A stretch of 64,000 nucleotides of DNA from positions 16,802,001-16,866,000 of the forward strand of contig JBHGNT010000003.1 in NCBI GenBank assembly GCA_043228905.1. Direction: 5' to 3'. Origin of the DNA: Azolla caroliniana. Lineage: Eukaryota; Plantae; Polypodiophyta. This document shows, one piece after another, positions 1 through 11,663 of the stretch (position 1 is the stretch's first letter; each line of letters starts with the position of its first letter). Under the pieces are notes generated by a model. It saw only the letters and a program-made list of their open reading frames with translations. It was not told the origin of the DNA and did no database searches. Made by a program: the position numbers and the translations under genes.

Positions 1-556
1 ACAGACAGACAAAGAAGCAACCGGGAGAGACAGAGAAGTAGAAATGAAGAAAGAGAAGAGAAGGAGACACAAATGGACCAACAGACAGAAGAAGAGAAAA
101 AATGAAGAAAGAGAGGAAGACAAAACAGAAAGGAAAAAGGAAAAGACAAAGACAAGGGCAACAAATTTCAAAACCTTGAGGGTACCCATTGCAAATTCAA
201 AAGTTCGAGGGTATATATTAGAGTTTCAATAACCAAAGGGCAACGAGGCAATTTCGAAAACTCATCTACCTAAAAGAAATGGACGTGATCCACACACAAC
301 TCACAAGATACAAAGAAGAACACACATACATACAACGTCTATTTAACGACCCGAATGATGTTACCAAAGTTCATAAGCCGACAGAACGATAAGGTTCGTG
401 TCGCGGAAGATTCGTTGACCGACAAAGATGTTTGAGTCAAGCACTCTGATCGAGGGAGTCGATCGTTGAAAGGATCGATGGAAGTTCCGGTCGAAGAAAT
501 ATCATCATCAAAGCATGTGGGATCGACATGCAAGGCACTTTCCCACGGGCGTGCCA

Positions 557-1073
557 TATTGTGTTACCCCGTACGAGATGTACGGAGAGTCAAGTGTGAT
601 GATCGAGGGTCGAATGTTATCATGATGTTGTTGTGTATGTGTAGGAGGCATAAATGTAATTGTGAGTCGATACGTATGTGAACACATGCACACGTGTGTG
701 CATGTGGATGGATACGAGGAGGTGTGAATGAGTGTCCAGTATGAATGCTCGAGGGGGCCTACACCCCTATGTATCTACCCCCTCTTGTACTATTTAACCC
801 CTTATGGGGAATGAATGAAACATGAATGAACATTTTCTCTCTAATCTCTCTCTCTTTGACACCTTTTCTCTTCTCTCTCCCTCTCTCACATTGAACCCCC
901 CTTGGGAGGGGGGTGGAGCCATTCTAGGCACCACCCCCCACCCCGCAATGCTTCTCTATATGATCTCTCTCACCATCATACTCTCCATCACCATGTCTAT
1001 CTTCATTACCAATCATCATAGTTATCATTCATCATCGTCGTCGTCCTTAACCCTAACCCTAAAACGTACAACA
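557..1073 (+). mobile_element. LTR of a Tat/OTA-like Ty3 element (element A), inserted into the integrase of element B; internal region lies to the left
   Basis: TG(T)TAC-like start at 557-562 and end ...TACAACA at 1073; TATTTAA near 791 followed by a CT-rich tract; preceded by TCCCACGGGCGTGCCA (541-556), the reverse complement of a tRNA-Arg-type PBS; right end abuts integrase codons. Confidence 0.65.
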
Positions 1074-1493
1074 CCTTTTGGCGACCAGGAACAACAGTTG
1101 GCCAGCATCCTACATTTAGAATTGGAGCAACGGCGACGGAAAGCATTCGTCGACCGGCACAGGAAAGGTAACGAAAAAATGTTCGCAATCGGCAAACCAG
1201 TGTTAGTATTCCAAACCCGGATGGGCAAGATGCCAGGTAAACTAAGGTTTAGATGGACTGGACCATATTGGCTAACACGGGAGTATAATGGGTCCTACCA
1301 GTTGGGGACACTTGCCGGCGAAGTGCTGGGCAAATGGGTCAACGGATTCCGGTTAAAGGCATATAGAGGACCGATGCCTAAGAACCCATTTGAGCAAAGG
1401 ACCGACTTCAACCACCAAGACGGCAGAGACGGCAAGCCGGGAACCGGAGAGAATGAGGCCGGTAAGGGTCCGGGAGGACCAACGGACATGTGA
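1074..1493 (+). pseudogene. pol: Ty3/Gypsy (Tat/OTA-like) integrase C-terminus of element B
   Basis: Translation ...FAIGKPVLVFQTRMGKMPGKLRFRWTGPYWL...YQLGTLAGEVLGKWVNGFRLKAY contains the GPY/F module; the predicted ORF start at 822 is read-through from LTR sequence. Confidence 0.85.
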
Positions 1494-1671
1494 CGTCACA
1501 CTAATAATAATAATAACTAAAAGAAAAAAAGAAAAAAAAAGAAAAAAAAGAAAAGAAAAAACAATCATGCAAAAGCGAGGAATGAATGGATGAAAGAGCG
1601 TGGAGCGAAAAGGTACATCGTGGGCATTTAAAGCGCCACCATAGGACATAATGCTATTTTAAGTACGCGAC

Positions 1672-4600
1672 ATGCACAAATTCGAAAAAGGCGCCAGAAT
1701 GCACAAACAAAAACCATTGCACGTAGAGACCCTCTACTTTCGCGAACCCAGGAGCACAGAAGCACCGAAACGTTGCAAGATCATCAGACGAGAACCTGCG
1801 CACAGAGAATCCCCGCCTTCTGAACTCTCTCTTTCTCAACCCCGCTCTCATCACCATCCATCCTCGTCACCGCAATCCGACACCGACACAGAGATGGACC
1901 CGCAAACGCTATCGGAAGCCGCCAAGACATGGCTGAAGCAACACGGGCTCGAGGGCTTCTTGATGATGATGGAAGTACCGCCACACAAAGAAGCCGACAA
2001 AGTGATCAAGGAAATCGATACAGAGGTCATAACGACAGAGGCGATTCGAGCGTTAACAGGCCTTCCGGAGGGAGGCATACTCACGATCGACAATCCAACC
2101 CCGGAGCAACTCATCAGGTATTTTGGTGAGTACTCTCTAGCCAGCAAGGGCTACCGGACACAGGGCGGCGGAGATATGTTGTTCCGCGAAATTGCTCGTG
2201 TGCTCCATGAATACGGCCACGTATACCCTAGACCCCCTGTCATGCCGCAGAACCGGGCAAGGATGATCATCGCCACCTATGAAGGGATCAAGGTGGATTG
2301 ACCGGTATTGATTGCCGACGGGTTGTGTGCGGCGATCGAGATCGTCAGAGGCAAAGACGGCAAAGAAGGCCGAGACGGACGAAGGATATGGCACGCCGTA
2401 ACGTAGTGGCTCACCCTGCTGGTGCCACCCGTTCAGACCGTCCAGCCCAAGAAGCGAGGAAGAGTGCCGGACGGCACCCCAAGGACGGCTTCCAAACGGC
2501 AACAGTTGTTGGCCTCTAAGGCCAGTAAGGGAAAGGCGGTGGATGCAGAACAGGCGGCAGCAGGAAGCGGAAGCCGGAAGCGCCCAACGGAGGCGCAGGA
2601 GGAACCACCGGCACGGCCTGTAAAGGTCACACTCCGCCGACCGGTGAATCGAGAAGTGGACCCCTTGGCGGCAAAACTCAATGCCGGAGCTCAAGAGGAG
2701 GAAATAGAGGAGGAGCCTACGGAGCACCTCCAGCGACGGTCATCGGCAAGGACCGTTGAGACAGCCGGGAAACGTTCGGACCCTCAGACGGAGGGAACAC
2801 CGGCTCCCCAGACTGAGACTCCCACGCCAAGGAAGGAACCGGAACCGGTGCAGATGGCACCAGACATAGAAGCCCCGGCACCACCGGCAACACCGGCAAG
2901 TCCCATCCCGCCAGAGCCGGAAAGGTCACTACAGCCTCCCTCGGTCAGCCAAGAAGAAGCGCAAGGGGAACCAGGACAGCAGGATGGTCCACGGGCAGAA
3001 AAGGAACTGCAACTCGGCGCAACTAGGCGGGACCAACCCTCTACAAGTGAGCCCATCTATCAAACCTTCGTGCAAGCACAACAAGGCACCGGTAGCCTGT
3101 GGCTCCGGTGGATAGGCGAACAGATAGCCGGAGCAGTGGGGTATATAGAGGCGGAAGAAAGAGCGCAAAGCGAACGGTTGCTCGTCACAACCGAACAACT
3201 AGAGACGGCCCGGTCCAGAATCCGGTGCCTTGAAAAAAATTTGGATCACATCACGACAGAGATGGCCAAAATACGGATCCAATCACCGGTGACTCCGGTA
3301 AGTGTACAGAATAATGAAACGGAACGACCTGTACATAACAATAAGACCCCGACAACGGAAACCGTTCCGGCGAGAGATGCGGCGCGAGCTCGGGAGCTTG
3401 TGGAATTGAGAGAGGAACTTGCCGCACAAGAAGCGCTAAGGAGCCATGAACGAGAATTGAAGACGGCAGCCGAAGCCGAATTAAAGAAGACTACTGAGAA
3501 CCTCCGCCGGGCAGAGGAGAGCCTCCGGAAAGGCCATCAAGCGTACGACCGGCTAAAGGAGGAGAAAGACAAAGTGTTGCAAGAAAAGGACAAGCTGCAG
3601 AAAACGGCGGAAACAGAGATTGAACGGCTAAAGGAAGAGCTCCGCCAGCAGAAGGACCGCGAGGACCGGGCCCGTCGTCAGATCAACGCACGGCTCAAGC
3701 AAAAGACAGATGATTTTGAGCACCTGCACCGGGACTACAAACGGCTGGAAACGGAGCATAAAGAACGGATGGCCGAGCTCCAGCAGGCAGTTGATCGGGC
3801 CGCGACGGCGATCGCCGACAAACGGGCGGAAAATACAAGACGCTTGGAAGAGGCGGAGAAGGTCCGGATGGAGCTCCAGAGGCAGCAGCAGGAAGACAAA
3901 GAGAGAGCGTCAACAGTATTGCAAAAATTACTTGAGCCCAATAGTACATATCAAAGGCAATTGACGCATTACAAGGCGCAGGCGGAGGACAACGTCAAAA
4001 TCATCAAACAACTGAAGGAGGAACGGCAAGCGGCGGAAACCAAATCGCAATTGGGAACGAGCCGGATTCAGTCCATCCTCCGGGCATGGCTGAATCAGAT
4101 GAAACACTTGATTGATGAAAGCTCCATAAAATGGTGGACAAAGTGGGCACAAAACGCGGCAGAACTCCAGTTGTTATGGGCGGATGTGGCAAACCGGCGG
4201 AAGGAAGGAGATGACTGTTATACGTTGACTTCCGAGGACTTCACCGCCATACGGGACGAGCTGGCCGACGACTTCCAAGTCCTGGCAAATGAACAGCTGG
4301 CGCAGGTCAGGCAGCTCGTAGCTCAGCTGGACGATGATAGGCTGGACGCTCAAATCCAGTTTGAAAGCTACGAGTGGTCCCGGGTACGGGAAGAAAAAGC
4401 ACGGGAAGCGACAACGGTTAACCTTAGTGATGAGGAACCGTTGCCGGCTGAGGGCCAGCCGGGAACCAGTCAACCGGAGACCACTACGATGCAGGGAGCA
4501 ACGACGGAGATGCCGGGGTCAGAGCCACAAACGAAGGAGCAACCGCAGCAACCACCAACGGACCCGCCGCAGCAGACAGCATCAGAGCAGCAACAGCAAC

Positions 4601-4677
4601 AACAACAACAACCACTTCCAGATGAACCATTGGAGCCTCTCGAACAGAGCATTCTGGACATTTTGGACGAAGAATAG
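1672..4677 (+). pseudogene. Accessory ORF of element B (~1000 codons): PMD/Athila-ORF-like N-terminus, Pro/Glu-rich linker, long coiled coil
   Basis: ORFs 1672-2301 and 2422-4677 share one frame, broken only by TGA at 2299-2301 (likely TGG) and TAG at 2404-2406 (likely CAG); ITTEAIRALTGLPEGG resembles the plant mobile domain motif; E/K/Q/R heptad-rich region at about 3370-4050. Confidence 0.7.
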
Positions 4678-4731
4678 CAAGGGTCGGTTGTGGATTCGAC
4701 GTACAAGGTACTGTCCCACGGGCGTGCCATG

Positions 4732-5100
4732 TGTTACCGGCCGGGAAAGGAGTCCAGAGTGGGAAACGGAGAGCTAATTAAGTAGTAGGAATGTGGTTGT
4801 AATTAAGCTATGAGTGTGGACGGACAGACCAGAATCGGTATGCCGTTCCGGATCCGGACCGATCCCGAACAGGTGCGGATGGCACCGTTTTGTAATACAG
4901 ACCGGAAACCTATTTAAAGGCCCGGATACAATGTAATAGTTAGCGGTTAATTAATGAAAGCTTAAGCGTTGTTATATCTCTGTGTGTTAATTGCCGTTCT
5001 GTCTTAATTGTTATATCTTACGCGTGTTATGAAGACGATCCTAATAAGTAACTTAACTAAGTCGGATTAAGCGTTGAAGTCTAATCCGGTTGCCGTAACA
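4732..5100 (+). mobile_element. LTR of element B (369 bp)
   Basis: Inverted termini TGTTAC...GTAACA; TATTTAAAGG near 4911; preceded by GTCCCACGGGCGTGCCA (4713-4729). Confidence 0.8.
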
Positions 5101-5157
5101 CCCTTTGGTGAAGTGTCTCACGTAGACACCCTGTGTGAGGCCATTGTCCAGCCCGAA

Positions 5158-6917
5158 GAGTTAACAGAGGTGTACATGATCCAACCACCCGGCTTCAACT
5201 CGAGCACTCATCCAAAAGCCGTATGCCGACTCAAGAAGCCACTCTACGGCCTCAAGCAAGCACCGCGTGCTTGGCATTCGAAGATAACGCAATATCTTCA
5301 TCAAATCGGCTTCCATATGTCAAAATCGGACAACTCCCTCTACATACGAAGCGATTCCGCAAGTCCGATCGTCATCATCTTATATGTGGATGACCTAGTC
5401 ATTGGAGGTGAGCATCTCGTCGAAATCACTAAGGTCAAATCCCTCCTTTCCGACAAGTTCAAGATGACGGACATGAAGGAGCTCCACTACTTCCTCGGCA
5501 TCGAGGTAATTCAGACTCCGGCCGGAATCATGATCTCTCAACGACACTACATCCTCAACTTGTTAAACAAGTTCAGGATGGCTGAGTGCAAATCCGTGGC
5601 AACCCCGCTCGATCGTAATCTCAAACTAGATGCGAACTCCGGCACCAAAGCGTGTGAGCCGACTCAGTATCGGCAACTCATCGGGAGTCTCATCTACCTC
5701 ACGATCACTCGACCCGATCTCAGTTATCCGGTCGGTCTCCTTAGCCAATTCATGCAAACACCGCGTGATACTCACTTGGATTGCGCTAAGCGAGTTCTAC
5801 GATACGTGAGCGGCACAATGGATTGCGGCATCCTCTACAAGACCGCGATGCCAATACAACTCGAGGGGTACACAGATGCCGATTGGGCCGGCTACAAAGC
5901 CGATAGAAGATCAACCTCCGGATTTGTTTTCTCCCTCGGCAGCGGAGCAATATCCTGGAGTAGCAAGAAGCAGCCTACCGTCGCTCTTTCGAGTATGGAG
6001 GCGGAATAAAGGGGCGCAGCCGTAGTTGCGTGTGAAGCCGTATGGCTCAAGAGGATTTTGAAGGATTTGGGTGTACCCATCAAGGATCCGACTTCCCTTT
6101 ACTGCAACAACATGAGCAGTATCTATCTAACTCGAAACCCGGTGTTCCACGCGCGGACAAAGCACATCGAAGTGCACTATCACTTCATCCGAGAGCGCGT
6201 TCTGGCTGGCGATGTCGATCTACAACACATTAGCACCAATCTTCAAACAACCGACATCTTCACCAAAGCCTTAGGAGCCGACAAGCTATGGCAATTCATG
6301 ACCGATCTCGGATTGACAATCCCTGACCTGCCAAGCTTGAGGGGGAGTACTGAAGACACTACGCAATAACGCATGGATTCCGCAACCACGCAACGAAGCA
6401 GCGAAGAGCCGATCTACCACGCAAAGCCGCGAAGAAAGACGCAAGCCGAAGCACAGACTTCGCAACTACGCACGCAAGCCGAAGCACAGACTTCGCACAA
6501 CACAAGCTGGAGCACGGATTCTGCAACTCCACATAAAGCGAGCCGACGCGGACTCCGGAACGCGAGTTGAAGCGGATTTCGGATACCGTATGAAACCAAC
6601 CCGACTTGAGCTTGAGGGGGCGTGTTGAGAATCAAGCTCAACTTGGTCTAGTGTGTAAACTCACCTTGAGAGTGAAGAGACACTCCAACGGTCAAGAGTC
6701 ACCATTATGTCACCTCTTTGTATTCTAGCATTTAGTATGAGTCATAGAATCATATTCTATGACACATAACTTATGAGCTTTCACATTCCTCATGCTCAAT
6801 GAGGCTTGTAGTTAATGAAGAGAGAGGGTGACTACATAAAGCACCCTCCTCCCACCTTGTAGCATGTTGAGTCTTTCTCCTTTGTCAATATACTTTTACC
6901 TTGCATATTCTCTGTGT

Positions 6918-6969
<52 letters not shown>

Positions 6970-7027
6970 CACACACATAACTCACATCTCTTCCACTTCA
7001 CAAGAATCCATCTCTTCATTCTTTACA
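5158..7027 (+). mobile_element. pol: 3' part of a Ty1/Copia element: RT-RNaseH, PPT and 3' LTR (6623-~7027)
   Basis: EVYMIQPPGF, LYGLKQAPRAW, YVDD, DADWAG and RTKHIEVHYHF motifs; in-frame stop at 6007-6009; PPT TGAGGGGGCG before TGTTGAGA at 6623; (CT)n in the LTR. Confidence 0.92.
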
Positions 7028-10000
7028 CCACCTTATCCCCGATCCGGACCGCTTCGACCCAGTAGAACTTGGGCATACTCTTCTCTTCCAGCATTGCCCG
7101 TGCTGCCTCAACAATTGACCGGTTCTTCCTTTCGGCCACATCATTTTGTTCCGGTGTGTATCGGTAGTTGAATTCTCTTTGAATTCCTTTTTGTTGCAGA
7201 TAACTGTTGAAATGGCTAGAAAAATATTATTTTCCACCATCCGACCACAGACACTTGATCTTCCTCTCTATTTCCCATTCTACAAGACTTTGCATGTTCC
7301 AGAAATAGTCGAAAACTTTGCTTATCCTTTCGATTAGGTAGATCCATGTGTGTCGGCTGCAGTTGTCGATGAAGGAGACGAAGTATCGGCTCCCACCAAG
7401 ACTAACATTCTGTGCCAGTCCCCATACATCTGAATGTATTAGATCTGCTTGTTACGGCTCCGGTTTCTTTCGGTGGGGAACGGAAGCCAATGTTGTTTCC
7501 TAAGCTGGCAAGCTTCACATATTTGGGCCTTCTGGCCACTTAATTTCGGCAATCCGAAAACAACCTATTTTGATTGTAAGTCATGAAGCCTCTGGTAATT
7601 GACGTGGCCAATTGCTTGAGCCACAGATCGATGTCTAACTCGATCTTTTGACCCTTTACAAACAAAGCGGTGCCAACGTCATTGGTGTCAAGGATAAACA
7701 TCCTCCTGTCCCGGCGCCCTTGCGTGATGATCCAACCTTCTTCCTCAATGAAGAACCTGAGGTGCATAAACCACACCTGGATCCCCTAGTCAACAATCTG
7801 CCTGACTGACACCAAGTTCTTTGTGATTGTCGGAACATGTAGTACGTTCATTAGCTTTCCCTTTTGTCTGACATGGCTTAAAGGGATTTCTCCGACATGC
7901 ACAATTGGGTGAGGAGTGTCGTCTCCGGTTTTGACAACTCCCGATTGCTCCACTTTTTCCAAAAACGAGAACCACTCTTCATGGCTCGTCATGTGGTTTG
8001 ATGCTCCGGAGTCAACATACCACACTTCCTCTGATCCGGAAGTAGTCTTCTTCGTTGAGTTTGCCTTGTGCTTCATCACAAAGGCTAGCTCTTCTCTAGT
8101 CTTACCAGTTTCAGATACTTCCGATCCTTCAACATAGTGCAAGCTTTGCCCGTTTCCCCGTCCGACCTTGCTAGATCTGGATTTATCCGAATTGGCGCAC
8201 TTCTTCCAGCACTTGCTCTCTCTTTGTGGCCCTTTCGGCGACAATAACAGCATTCCGAGTCAGGCTTCGATTGCCGATTTCCGGCGGCGCCTTAACTCCC
8301 CTTGCTTGTGGAGGGTCCGGAACTGCTCTTGCCGACCACCGCTATTGCGTGCCGACTCACCACGTCCTCCACGCCCACAGGGCCGATCCACCTCAGTGTA
8401 CAACATCCGGTTGTTCGATTTAGTGGTCCTTGACCCACTCGTGTGGGTTTCTTCAACCATGAGCATCGATTACAGGTCAAAGAAAGACGTTGGCTTCTCC
8501 CGGGTGCAAATTGCCGTCCAGATTGGCCCATACTAGTGTGCTAGACCACCGAGGCAGATCTGGACCATCTCGTCTTCGTCCACCGTCATGTTGATTGACC
8601 CGAGCGCATCACAGATCTCCTTGATCTTGGTGGTGTAGTCACTGACCAACATGTCCCTTTGCCGAATGTTGTTGAGGTCTTGGGGCGAAAATCTTTCGGA
8701 GATTTTTCTAGGCCTCCTTTAGTGATTTCGCATCTTTGATGTAGCCAAGCATCTAATCGTGCACACAAGAGGCGAGGTAGTACAACACCCTGCTCGCTTC
8801 TTGCTCCCAAACCAGGAAGTCCTTGTATGCCAAATCAGATGCTGCTTCATTTGCTCCTTCCACATAGCTCTAGTATCCATGCCCCAACAGGTACTGATGC
8901 ATTTTATACGACCAGGACGCATAGTTGCTCCGGTCGAGCTTTTCTGTAGGAAGCGAGCTCGCCATGCTTCTGTCCATACCTTCTCTTTTCGGTCTATTAT
9001 TTTACTGGTGCTTAGGCTTTGTCTTCATAAAAATGCTTGTTGGCAATACATGTTCTCAACCCTTGCGCTCTGAAATCATGTCAAAGTTAATATGCAGAAC
9101 CTTTGACAATCCAGTTTATTCGGTCAACAACAAAAAATAGAGAAAGAAGGTTCAATGGAAGCTTAGGATACACAGGAGAGACATGTTAGGAAATAGGTCC
9201 CTCCAGATGGGAAGTGAGAAGAACCGTGTTGATGAGCAAAGCCCGAAGATGAAAGCAGAGAAGGCGGATATGATGAAGGTTCCATATGCCTCTACCGTCG
9301 GGAGCTTAATGTACGCAATGGTGTGTACTCGACCGGATATTGGATACGCAGTCGGAGTGGTGAGCCAGTTTATGAGCAATCTCCGCAAGGAGCACTAGAA
9401 CGCGGTCAAATGGATACTCTGGTACTTGAAGGGCACTTCGAATATGTGTCTCCAATTCAGCTCCGGTAAAACTCAACTTGACGGTTTTATTGATTCGGAT
9501 ATGTCGGTTGATGTGGATACCAACCGGTCTATATCTAGGTATGTAATGACATATGCAGGGGGAGCTGTTTCGTGGCAGTCGAGGCTCCAGAAGACGGTTG
9601 CGTTGTCAACCACGGAGGCGGAGTACATGGCGGCTGTTGAAGCCGGCAAGGAAATATTATGGATGAAGGGCTTCATCGGAGAGCTCGGTATCCGGCAAGA
9701 TGAATACCGGCTCTATTGCGACAGTCAAAGTGCCATCCACCTTGCTAAGAATGCAGCGTACCATTCCAGGACGAAGCACATCCAACGTAGGTATCACTGG
9801 ATCCGGGAGCGAGTAGAAGATCGAGAGTTCGCACTGACGAAGATCCACACGGCCAAGAACGGGTCAGATATGTTGACCAAAGTAATGATACCCGACAAGC
9901 TAGATGCATGTCGGAAGTGGATAGACTAGTAAGACATCCCATGCCGGAGTGAAGGGGGAGTTTGTTAGGAAACAGGTCCCTCTGGATGGGAAGTGAGAAG

Positions 10001-10716
10001 AACCGTGTTGGCCGAGGCCGAAACCGGAAATCGTGGAGATAGCCAACACGGAAGGCTAAGTTTGTAAATAGTCGAAAGATTACATTAGTATATAAGTACT
10101 TAGGGAATTCATGTTATATGTGTGCATTATTGTAAAGTTACTGTTGACGATTGCCTCTGTAACTATGAGAGTGAACGAGTGTGAGTGGAAGCGTGTGAGC
10201 TCCATAGCTGCCTATTGGCGAAGCAGGATCTCGAGGTTGTTGCCTCTGAGATCTCTGATTGTATTCCTTTCTCTCATAGTGTTATGTTTCGGAGTTTGTG
10301 GACTCCATGTGGTTTTTCCCCAGTTCGGGTTTCCACGTTAAAATCTGTGTCATTCTCAGTTCTATATTCTGTTTTTCCTTTCCATTAGATTGACTATTAT
10401 TCCGCACACGTACAACCGGTTGTGGCCGGCAACGATTTAACTACAAGACAGAGAGAACAAAAAACATAAACTCAATTCAAAATAATAACACTCTATACAT
10501 ATAATGTGCTCAGTGAGCACTTTTATACAAGTCCTTAAAAGGACTAACAGAAGTACTGACAAGTACTTCAATGCTTATACGAGTGACTGACACTAACTCC
10601 CAAAAATACGCCTACATATTAGGCTAGATTCATAGGCCTCTAACGGCCTGCCGGTTACAATCCAATCTTGACACTGATCCGGTTCTTCATTCCGAACTCT
10701 GATTCGGCTCTAGCTT
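7028..10716 (-). mobile_element. Decayed 5' half of a Copia element (gag, protease, start of integrase), with PBS and an interrupted 5' LTR (9079-~10716)
   Basis: Minus-strand gag start near 8977 (MDRSMASSLPTEKLDRSNY); WYVDSGASNHMT protease; Met-type PBS remnant at 9067-9078; LTR edge TGTCAAAG at 9079. Confidence 0.85.
9184..10445 (+). mobile_element. Internally deleted Copia element: ~50 bp of 5' LTR, end of RT plus RNaseH, PPT, full 3' LTR (9963-10445)
   Basis: TSD AGACA at 9179-9183 and 10446-10450; both ends begin TGTTAGGAAA(T/C)AGGTCCCT; VPYASTVGSLMY and RTKHIQRRYHW motifs; PPT GAAGGGGGAG. Confidence 0.92.
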
Positions 10717-11663
10717 GAGCTTATCTGTCGGAAGCGAGCTCACCATGCTTCTGTCCATACCTTCTCTTTTCAGTCTATTCTTTTACTAGTGCTTGGGATC
10801 TGTCTTCAGAAAAACGCTTGTCGGCAATAGAGGTTCTCAACCCTCGCGCTCTGAAACCATGTCAAAGTTAATATGCGGAAGCTTTGACAAACCAGTTTAT
10901 CTGCCCAACAACAGAAAACAGAGAAAAAAGGTTCAATGGAAGGTTAGGATACACAGGAGAGACAAAGAGATCAAAAAGCATAAACTCAATTCAAAATAAT
11001 AACACTCTGTACATACAATGTGCTCAGTGAGCACTTTTATACAAGTTCTTTGTTGAGAGATCAAGCTCAACTTAGTTTAGTTAGTTAGTCAACAATGTAA
11101 CTTTGTAGTTACCTAGATAGAATCTAGTTAGAAGTGTTGACTATAACGACTTAAATAGGACCTTGTATTTAAGTAGGCTATTCTAGATCCTCCACTCCCA
11201 AGGTCATTTAATATAGGACTTACACGGTTGTACCTATATTCTCCTCACACATGTGCACCCTTGCACATGAGATCTATATATACCCCATTGATGGTATTTT
11301 TGTATTTGATGATGATGTTTTATAATATACACTCTAGTTTACTCATCCCCCATCTTGTGTTGTTTATAAGTGTATCTCTCCTCTCTCTCTTCCTCTCACA
11401 CACATACACACACATATCACATAATCTTCCGCACTTATCAACTAATCACATAATTAGGTACTAATTAACTCTTAATTACTTACCTAATTCTTAACATGGT
11501 ATCAGAGCGTGTGGTTTAGAAAATCCAGTAAGCCCACCTGACTCCGTGATTGTGTGTTCGAGACGCCGACGACAAAATCCGGCTATCAGCTACCCTAGTG
11601 CCGCTATGTAGCACGCATACGTGATCAAAGGAAGAAAAGCAAAAAGAGAAGACATTAATCAAC

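Noticed and set aside
822-1073. Hydrophobic N-terminus of ORF 822-1493 as an env or transmembrane protein
   Set aside because: It is translated CT-rich LTR sequence fused by chance to the integrase tail.
1079-1090. TGGCGACCA after LTR A as a sense-strand PBS, making LTR A the 5' LTR of element B
   Set aside because: The match is only ~9 nt, lies 5 nt from the LTR and is in frame with integrase codons; LTR A and LTR B are not similar.
10665-10673. TTGACA at 10673 as the end of the minus-strand Copia LTR
   Set aside because: Comparison with the second copy (26848-27048) shows LTR similarity continuing to about 10716.
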